DNA from: a virus
Lineage: Duplodnaviria > Caudoviricetes
Length of the DNA: 30,999 bases
Reading direction: 5' to 3' (one strand)
IMG/VR virus record: IMGVR_UViG_3300042433_000009
Location: 1-30,999 of that record
Position 1 is the stretch's first letter, and each line of letters starts with the position of its first letter. The position numbers and the translations under genes are program-made. Under the pieces are notes generated by a model. It worked only from the letters and a program-made list of their open reading frames with translations, ran no database searches and had not been told where the DNA came from. Positions 24,099 to 30,999 of this stretch are shown one piece after another.

Positions 24099-26907
24099 AT
24101 ACTCTGATTTCTAGGGTGTTGTTAAGTAAGTGTGTATCGTGAAAAGCTGCAGTAGGGCTATGTAGGTTGGTAGTATTTATCTCAATAGTATTATTATCTC
24201 TTCTTCTTGCCATTACTATACTATTAGTCACTAATTGACTAAGCATTACATAGGTTTTATTTAAAGTGAATGCACCTGAGAATGTACCAAAATATATACC
24301 TACTGCTGACCTAGTCCAAATTATTGGTCCTATAGTATTCTCTAGCTCTATGACTGTAGGTGCTGCAGTACTACTCTGACTAATCAAAGCTATGTACTTA
24401 GTGTAGGTAGGCAGGATATCACTAACAGCTCTACCATTTAGAGTGCTAGTCACTGTAAGATTAGTAGTAGCTATGCCATCATTTTCTAGGCTTAGATTAT
24501 CTCCTACTATCATGGCTTTAAGTCCATCACCTACTACATTACCTGAGCCTAAGATTATAGAGTTACGATTGTTAGTAGTTACATTAGTCTTAGTATTATA
24601 CCCTTGCATTATACTTGCAATCTGCTCACCATTACCTGGTCCTACAGGAGTATCTGGTCCTACAGGAGTACCTGTTCCACCAAAGAATGGAGGTAGGTCT
24701 ATCTCAGTCTCTAAGCTTATTAGTTCTACTTTGGTAGGCACTAAGTCATTAGCGTTATAATCTATAATCTTATTAATACTCCACCAACTATTGTCAATCC
24801 TTATCTTATCATTCAGCTCCATTAATTGGATGTCTACCTCATTAAGTAGAAAGTATGCAGTCAATAGCTTACCGCCATTTATTTGTGCTACTGTTCTCCT
24901 CCAATAACTATTGTAAAGATTGTTATTAGTGTTCTGATTTACTTGATAGTAATAGTATTGACATTCTGCAAAGTTAATATCTGACACAGGATTAAATGGA
25001 TCAACTCCTCTAAAATGTGAGAGGTAGGGATAAGCTCCACCTGTAGATGTTTGTGTATCATACCCTGAATTAATTATAACCTCCTGAGCAACTTTCTGCC
25101 TATTGTCATATAAGATTCTTATATTAGTCTTAGGAGCTGCACCATTTAGTAATGGTAGGAATGCACCGAATGTTGTAGGCTGTACAGGAGTAGGTGAGAA
25201 GATAAGTTCTTTGACATCTATACCTTTCACATACTCATTCTCAAAGGTTACCTCCACTTGTCCATATATCTCATTAGTAACACCTGTATAGACTGTATTA
25301 GGTGAATCAGTATCTGCCTTGTATGTTAGTCTTAGCTTCTTATTATTAAGCTCAGGGATAAAGATTATAGACTGCTCCTTATCTTTCATCAGCTTATTAG
25401 TCCAATCTACAGCTTTGCCTGAATCATAATACTCATCTCTACTGATTAGGATTAGATTATTCTGATTATCAACATCAGCAGTAACATAAATATTATACAT
25501 CATAAAGATGCTCTTGATGAAATCTGATTGCTTAATCTTCTCAGGGATAAAGGTATTCATGGTAGTGATACCACTGTTCAATGGGATGTTATCAGATGGG
25601 CGGATAGTAAGTTTAATTGATGTAAAATCTACAATAATTTTAGGAGGTGACCATGAGCCTGATGCTGCCTGTCTATTCCAATAAGGATCACCTTGTCCAG
25701 GAGTACCTGAAAAAGTTCTTTGTGCATCAATTCCTACATAGACTATCTGTATATCTCCTACATCTATCCCTCCTGTACCATTAGTAGTAGCATTGAAAGT
25801 AAATACAGCATTTATATTTCCTAAATTTACTGTGCCAACAGTATAAGTTCCTGTTGCTATTTCTATTGGATTACCATTACATGGTACATTATATGTAGAT
25901 GATCCTACTCTTACCTGTAAAAAGGGAGTGTATTTAATTCCTGTTACAGTTCCACTTGTAGTAGATGTATTAATAGAACAGTTGTGAGTTACATTTAAAC
26001 TCATATTACCTTCTACTGTTGCCTCATATATATAAGATTCACCTGAGCCAATGCCTACCCATTGAGGAGTAGTGTACTCTCCTGTAGATGGATTAAATAA
26101 TGCTGCAGGATCTGATATTTCAGTCCATCCTGTTACATTATCTATACCATCAACCTGCACAGTATTTGCATTACTAGTAACAAATTGGGTTGGAGTTAAG
26201 TTAAAATTACTTATCTCTGCCACTACCTTATAATCATTCCAATCCACTATATTCTGATCACCATTGTATGGAATCAGTAGCTTATCAAAGTTCGCAGCTG
26301 CTAATCCATCCCAAGTATAACTATATCCTGCTGTAGCAAAGATTCTATCAAAGTAAGTCTTAGCATAGATAGCAGGCTTAAACCAATTTAGCTGATACTG
26401 ATTGTCTATATTAAATGGCATCACATACTTATACCCATCTGTTACTGAATAGTCAAAAGTACTAATAACTACATTAGCATCTACATAGTGGTCTAAGTCT
26501 GAGAAATCTAAGTCAGTCAAATACTTATTAGAGATGTCAGTAAAGAATGTACCTCTATCCTCTTTAATCAATACCTCATACTCCACCATCTGCTCATAGG
26601 CTGATGTGAGCTGTGACTTCTTAATGTTAATGAGTTGAAGAGTTGCGTTAGTCATAACAGGGATACCATCCTGAATAACATCACAGCTAGTGAGCGTATT
26701 AATATTAAAAGTGCCAGCTTGAATGTTTACATCATAGTAATGATTCAGTAGGTTATTGTTATTGTTATTGCCTACTAAAGTAATGGTCTTACTAAAGTTG
26801 CCTGTTCTCTTAGATATATCTCTAATATCCCCTATGCTAAAGTTAAGAGGGAATGATGTACCCTCTTTGACATCTAGGTAGCCTGTGCTAAGTTGTATCC
26901 TAACCAT
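24091..26907 (-). CDS. Tail tip / baseplate hub protein
   Basis: DIRDISKRTGNFSKTITL N-terminus, KQSDFIKSI..MYN, DWTNK; next to the tape measure. Confidence 0.7.
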   Translation of the reverse strand: MVRIQLSTGYLDVKEGTSFPLNFSIGDIRDISKRTGNFSKTITLVGNNNNNNLLNHYYDVNIQAGTFNINTLTSCDVIQDGIPVMTNATLQLINIKKSQLTSAYEQMVEYEVLIKEDRGTFFTDISNKYLTDLDFSDLDHYVDANVVISTFDYSVTDGYKYVMPFNIDNQYQLNWFKPAIYAKTYFDRIFATAGYSYTWDGLAAANFDKLLIPYNGDQNIVDWNDYKVVAEISNFNLTPTQFVTSNANTVQVDGIDNVTGWTEISDPAALFNPSTGEYTTPQWVGIGSGESYIYEATVEGNMSLNVTHNCSINTSTTSGTVTGIKYTPFLQVRVGSSTYNVPCNGNPIEIATGTYTVGTVNLGNINAVFTFNATTNGTGGIDVGDIQIVYVGIDAQRTFSGTPGQGDPYWNRQAASGSWSPPKIIVDFTSIKLTIRPSDNIPLNSGITTMNTFIPEKIKQSDFIKSIFMMYNIYVTADVDNQNNLILISRDEYYDSGKAVDWTNKLMKDKEQSIIFIPELNNKKLRLTYKADTDSPNTVYTGVTNEIYGQVEVTFENEYVKGIDVKELIFSPTPVQPTTFGAFLPLLNGAAPKTNIRILYDNRQKVAQEVIINSGYDTQTSTGGAYPYLSHFRGVDPFNPVSDINFAECQYYYYQVNQNTNNNLYNSYWRRTVAQINGGKLLTAYFLLNEVDIQLMELNDKIRIDNSWWSINKIIDYNANDLVPTKVELISLETEIDLPPFFGGTGTPVGPDTPVGPGNGEQIASIMQGYNTKTNVTTNNRNSIILGSGNVVGDGLKAMIVGDNLSLENDGIATTNLTVTSTLNGRAVSDILPTYTKYIALISQSSTAAPTVIELENTIGPIIWTRSAVGIYFGTFSGAFTLNKTYVMLSQLVTNSIVMARRRDNNTIEINTTNLHSPTAAFHDTHLLNNTLEIRVYE

Positions 26908-28294
26908 TGATAGGAGTATTAAGAGCTAGCTTAATAGTTACTGAGTGCTTAATTAGATTCTTATTTCGCTGTCTAAAGTTCTCAAAAGATGTAGCATCTA
27001 TAGTGCAAGCTCTATATTCAGTACCATTGTAGTAGAATACTTGAGGGGATGTTAGTAGCTCTTGAAATCTATCAGCATCGTATTGGTCCATCCAATTAGT
27101 ATTCAATTCTAAGGTATTAGATACATTAGTATTCAAAGTTCTGTTACCTATAGCAGTTGAACTATACAACCATTCGCCATCTACTACCTGACCATCAACG
27201 TGCTGATTATACATCTCTCTACTTATTTGCCCTTTCTCATAGGTCTTTAGTTGAAATGCAAAGGATTGCCATGATCCCATTCTATCTAAGTAGTAAAGAT
27301 AATCTTCATTGATAACACATCTATTGTCATATTTAAAGTAGTACCGAATTTCAGCAGAACCACCTTTTATTACTACATAAAAGTTTTGAGTAATAGGAGT
27401 TTCAAGTGGTACATCTGTAGTCACAATAAAGTTATATAATCCATCACTAGCGGATGCTACAATAGATGATGTTAATTGATAATCATCCCAATCAAAATAA
27501 GTAATATCATAAGTATCTATACTATATGTTCTAACCATTAAATAATATAATTGACCTGTGGCAATAGATGCTGCACTATCTTGAGTATTGCCAACCAATG
27601 ATGTCAAAGCATTACTAGGAGTAAGTGTAGTATTATACTCTGTAGATGGAAATAATCCTTGAGCATAGATACCTAAGCTATAAGCTCCATTGAATACCTC
27701 TAGCTCTGATAGAACCACATCATCTAAAAGTATTGTCTTTCTTAAATCTGCATAGGTAACAGTGCCATTGATAGTGGCATCAGTGACAGTATCCCATCTA
27801 GCATTGATAACAAATAGGTTAGTACTAGCAAAGATAACAGTATGCAATCCCTCTACTGTAGGATTAGCAGCAATACCTCCAAATGCCTGAGTAATACTAA
27901 TCTGATCACCTGCCACAAAACCATGAGCATTGTAATGTATTACTATATCTCCTCCTGTACTTTGTGAAAGTGAGTTAGTATATTGAATATTAGCAGTGTA
28001 CTCATAGCCAAATCTGATATCATATTGATACCATGATTCATTGACTTGCTCTACTGCAAAGTTCCATGTCACCAATGATTGCATCAGCCTAGAGATATCC
28101 TGCTCACCATACCCTGTGCCGAATACAGGTAGAGTCTTATACTGAGCTATCGGAGTAGCATTAGTTGCAGGATAGACCGTAAAGATGTATCTAAAGCCAG
28201 GCTCATTCTTATAAGCATTATCTATGATATACTTTATAGGATTGTAAGCAGGCATCATTACAGATGGCTGTGCTATGATTGTAGTAGCAGGCAT
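26900..28294 (-). CDS. Distal tail / baseplate protein
   Basis: PAYNPI, YLDRMGSWQSF, LNTNW, ELLTSPQV; contains an HGFVAGDQISI insertion. Confidence 0.6.
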   Translation of the reverse strand: MPATTIIAQPSVMMPAYNPIKYIIDNAYKNEPGFRYIFTVYPATNATPIAQYKTLPVFGTGYGEQDISRLMQSLVTWNFAVEQVNESWYQYDIRFGYEYTANIQYTNSLSQSTGGDIVIHYNAHGFVAGDQISITQAFGGIAANPTVEGLHTVIFASTNLFVINARWDTVTDATINGTVTYADLRKTILLDDVVLSELEVFNGAYSLGIYAQGLFPSTEYNTTLTPSNALTSLVGNTQDSAASIATGQLYYLMVRTYSIDTYDITYFDWDDYQLTSSIVASASDGLYNFIVTTDVPLETPITQNFYVVIKGGSAEIRYYFKYDNRCVINEDYLYYLDRMGSWQSFAFQLKTYEKGQISREMYNQHVDGQVVDGEWLYSSTAIGNRTLNTNVSNTLELNTNWMDQYDADRFQELLTSPQVFYYNGTEYRACTIDATSFENFRQRNKNLIKHSVTIKLALNTPING

Positions 28295-28447
28295 CTATTC
28301 TCCTCTTAAAGATTTCAACTCTTCATACAAGGCTAGGAGCTGAGTTTCTTTCTCTTGTATTAGTTCTTCTGTTGTTCTTTCAATAACATCTACAAGTTCT
28401 TCAATGTATAGCCCTTGTTCGTTGTAATATCCTATTAATTGTTTCAT
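28295..28447 (-). CDS. Small coiled-coil protein, possible fibre chaperone (50 aa, MKQLIGYYNEQG...)
   Basis: Read manually; fills the gap after the fibre gene. Confidence 0.6.
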   Translation of the reverse strand: MKQLIGYYNEQGLYIEELVDVIERTTEELIQEKETQLLALYEELKSLRGE

Positions 28448-28457
28448 CTTAATTTAT

Positions 28458-30146
28458 TTAAATTGTATGTATTCTTACTGCTCTTACATAAATGCTGCCA
28501 TTAGTTAATTTAGAAAAAGAACTTTGTGCAGAAGTTGAGTAATTCATACCATTAGCATTAGTAGAAGAAAACTCCGTACTACTCCAATAGAAAAGATTTG
28601 AAAAACCATTAGTACTACCTAAAATTTTATTCACAATAGGTGCTGAATTATAACACATATTTAACTCCCAAGTTGATGGTAAATACCAATCACTAAACCC
28701 ACCACCTGCAAAAAGTCTTGCAAGTCCTGCTGCATAAAGTGTAGTTGCAGGAAGAGCTGTTTGTGCTATAATTGCATTAGTATTTGTAAGACCATCAAAA
28801 TAACTTTGAGCAGTAGCACCTATTTGAGTAGTTTGAAATGCAGGTATTGTCCATTGAATACCTGTAGATAAATTAGTTAAACTTGCAACAAGAGCTTTAT
28901 TAACTCCACTTTGATTAAATACTGCTACTACTATTCCACCTCCAATTTGTGCTCCTATCTCTGTACCACCGCCACCACCACCTGAAGAATTAATAGTCTG
29001 ATTAGGGAAAGTCCCTGTAATAGTTACATTAGTTCCTGCAACCAAACTTGGAGTGGCTGTGCCTGTACCACCATTCGCTACTGCTACAATACCTGTAACG
29101 TTAGCTGCTGTGCCTGTTGTATTTTGATTAAGAGTAGGTACATCTCCTGCAGTTATATTAGCTCCTACTGTTACTCTACCCTTAGCATCTGTAGTGACCT
29201 TTGTATAAGTTCCTGCTACACCTATTGATGCTAATGTAGCTGTACCTAGAACATTCGCAGAGCCATCAAATGGAGGGGATGTATATAGTACATCACCATT
29301 AGTGGATATTGTTCTAGCTGTTGCTAATGTAGCAGTAGAGCCTGCTGTACCTGTAGTGTTTTGATTGAGTATAGGGAAATCAGCAGCTACAGCTATACTT
29401 GGTACACCTGTGCCTGTTGTGTTCTTTAATATCCCTGTATTAAGATTAGATAATAAAGTGCCATTGATACCCTTAACAGTTAAGGCTACATTCCCTGTAG
29501 CATCTCCTGTATGAGTTGCATTACTTACTAAGCCACTATATTGACTATTGGTAGCATTGTCACCTGTATTAGTACCTGATAGATTCGCTACAGCTCCATT
29601 AGCTAGCATTGCATTAGAGATAGCTCCATTAGCAATAGCTGTTGCATTGCCTATACTTGTGACAGGACCTGTAAGATTAGCATTAGTTGTAACAGTTGCA
29701 GCATTGCCTGTAGTACTTTGATTCAAAGTAGGTACATCAGTTGCTACCATAGCTCTGAATGTTGGTACTCCTGCCGTACCATTAGGTGCTGCAAGAATAT
29801 GATTAGCAGTCTTTGAGGCATAAGGATTCTGAGTATCTCCATAACCTGAAGCAAGGCTGATATCAGGAGCACTAGTTCCTGTAGCTACTACAGGTGCTGT
29901 TGCTGTGAGTGATGCTACACCTGGAGTCACTACTAAGTTACCACTGCCTAAAACAGAGCTACCATTGATAGTCTTGATGTTAGTACCACTTACTAAAGTA
30001 TCCTGCTTTGAAGCTAAGATGTTAGCACCTGTCACTGACTTTGTAACATAGCCACCTGCACCATTACTCTCACTAATTTCTACTAAGTCAGTAGCTGCTA
30101 TATCTGTTCCTTTTGCTGTTAATTGACTAATCTTTTTATCTGCCAT
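28458..30146 (-). CDS. Tail fibre / receptor-binding protein with C-terminal DUF1566 (Lcl C-type-lectin-like) domain
   Basis: Thr/Gly/Ala-rich, three D(V/F)P(T/I)LNQ(S/N)TTG repeats, GTYTKVTTDAKGRVT fibre repeat, DWYLPS..EL, YWSSTE, VRAVR. Confidence 0.85.
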   Translation of the reverse strand: MADKKISQLTAKGTDIAATDLVEISESNGAGGYVTKSVTGANILASKQDTLVSGTNIKTINGSSVLGSGNLVVTPGVASLTATAPVVATGTSAPDISLASGYGDTQNPYASKTANHILAAPNGTAGVPTFRAMVATDVPTLNQSTTGNAATVTTNANLTGPVTSIGNATAIANGAISNAMLANGAVANLSGTNTGDNATNSQYSGLVSNATHTGDATGNVALTVKGINGTLLSNLNTGILKNTTGTGVPSIAVAADFPILNQNTTGTAGSTATLATARTISTNGDVLYTSPPFDGSANVLGTATLASIGVAGTYTKVTTDAKGRVTVGANITAGDVPTLNQNTTGTAANVTGIVAVANGGTGTATPSLVAGTNVTITGTFPNQTINSSGGGGGGTEIGAQIGGGIVVAVFNQSGVNKALVASLTNLSTGIQWTIPAFQTTQIGATAQSYFDGLTNTNAIIAQTALPATTLYAAGLARLFAGGGFSDWYLPSTWELNMCYNSAPIVNKILGSTNGFSNLFYWSSTEFSSTNANGMNYSTSAQSSFSKLTNGSIYVRAVRIHTI

Positions 30147-30149
30147 AAT

Positions 30150-30500
30150 TTATTGTATTACTCTGTTGTCTAAGTCCTCTGTTACTCTTTGATCCCTAAT
30201 CTCAGTTACTCTGTTGTCAGTTGCTGGAGGACCTCCCCCTGCAACCAATAGCCATGCCTCTATCCAATTAGCATTGATTGTGACTGTACCTCCTAGCTCT
30301 AAGACTATATTCATAAGATGGTCATCTGATGTACCAGGATCTCCACCTACTACAGATAGTATATCTCCTACTAAGTTTTTAGAGTTAGCTATATCTATAC
30401 CATAATGATTAGCTATAGCAAATATGTAAGATTCATTCAATGGGGGATAAGTCCCTACTGAATATGCTGTAGCAATGTCTCTAAGTATATCATTACTCAT
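30150..30500 (-). CDS. Hypothetical virion-associated protein (allele of 968-1318)
   Basis: 109 of 116 residues identical by manual comparison. Confidence 0.75.
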   Translation of the reverse strand: MSNDILRDIATAYSVGTYPPLNESYIFAIANHYGIDIANSKNLVGDILSVVGGDPGTSDDHLMNIVLELGGTVTINANWIEAWLLVAGGGPPATDNRVTEIRDQRVTEDLDNRVIQ

Positions 30501-30532
30501 AACTATATTACATTAAGATAGCTTTTTGTTTA
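30501..30532 (-). promoter_or_regulatory. Late promoter allele TAAACA-N14-TGTAATATAGTT-ATG
   Basis: Copy of 1319-1350 with one change in the -10-like box. Confidence 0.7.
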
Positions 30533-30999
30533 GAACGCATAATAGGAGTCATCAGTATAATACTCCTGCCTGATGTAAGTGGTAGCATATCGGATAGCAT
30601 CCATAGCATCATCATACAGCTTCACAGGTTCATCCATGATCTGATCACCAATTTTCTTCCATTTATAGTTCTCATACTCTTTCATTATCTGCTTATCCTC
30701 CTGACAGAATACTCCAAAGGTCTTAATGTTATCTATGCCTTTCTTAACTACCTTGTTAGCATTATGCACATCATACCCTGCAGTATTCATCTCGGCAATT
30801 ATCTCAGGTCTTGAGTAATCTGCCATAATCTCTATGTGCTTATCTACATTCAAGGCATCCATCCTCTCTATTAGCTGAGTAGTGGTAAGGTAGCTCTCAT
30901 AGATAATCTTCTCAATGAAGATATCATTGTCACAGTAGTAGACTCTGACTAGAGCTGTGGGGTGGTTGTATCCAAAGTCTAAGCCATAGACATACTTTA
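30530..30999 (-). CDS. terL: Terminase large subunit, C-terminal part (truncated by window edge)
   Basis: Allele of 1348-1817. Confidence 0.9.
   Translation of the reverse strand, partial: KYVYGLDFGYNHPTALVRVYYCDNDIFIEKIIYESYLTTTQLIERMDALNVDKHIEIMADYSRPEIIAEMNTAGYDVHNANKVVKKGIDNIKTFGVFCQEDKQIMKEYENYKWKKIGDQIMDEPVKLYDDAMDAIRYATTYIRQEYYTDDSYYAF

Larger units (their letters stand above)
29183..30999. repeat. Diverged direct terminal duplication, copy 2
   Basis: Matches 1-1817. Confidence 0.97.

Noticed and set aside
24636-24670. 17-bp tandem repeat CTGGTCCTACAGGAGTA
   Set aside because: In-frame 18-nt-period duplication encoding a TPVGP linker; ordinary.
3426-30405. Short opposite-strand or off-frame ORFs in the track (3426, 6987, 8384, 9574, 10058, 13637, 14071, 14887, 20270, 22444, 23341, 24443, 25103, 30214)
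   Set aside because: They are shadows of well-supported genes or of the origin, with no recognisable motifs.
28458-30999. Diversity-generating retroelement using the terminal duplication as TR/VR
   Set aside because: No reverse transcriptase; the differences are not adenine-specific, are mostly synonymous, and the duplication excludes the lectin tip.
1-30999. Prophage or temperate module; stop-codon reassignment; tRNAs
   Set aside because: No integrase, att site or host genes; ORFs tile densely under the standard code with TAA, TAG and TGA all used as stops; no tRNA-like sequence recognised.

Overview
The window is an essentially complete, circularly permuted genome (unit length 29,182 bp) of a small siphovirus-like tailed phage. 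The host is most likely in Bacteroidota/Flavobacteriia, based on TTG-N-TAnnTTTG host promoters, a DUF3127 protein and no obvious Shine-Dalgarno sites. Bases 1-1817 recur at 29183-30999 as a diverged, indel-free allele. Nearly all genes are on the minus strand: early small ORFs, primase-helicase, recombination genes (VRR-NUC, ERF, YqaJ, SSB), an ECF-like sigma factor, terminase, tail genes in reversed order, protease/capsid/portal, lysis genes and an exonuclease. No integrase, tRNA, CRISPR or reverse transcriptase was seen. The most striking non-coding features are: (1) a ~360 bp intergenic array of about 14 different operator-like palindromes tiled edge to edge, including a Fur-box-like site, just upstream of the first early promoter; (2) a conserved, apparently leaderless late promoter (TRAACA-N13/14-TATAATATAGTT-ATG) that matches a phage sigma factor; (3) a terminator/antiterminator leader before the primase gene; (4) DnaA-box-like iterons next to a phage DnaA-domain-IV protein. 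All calls are from motif recognition by eye; no database searches were run.
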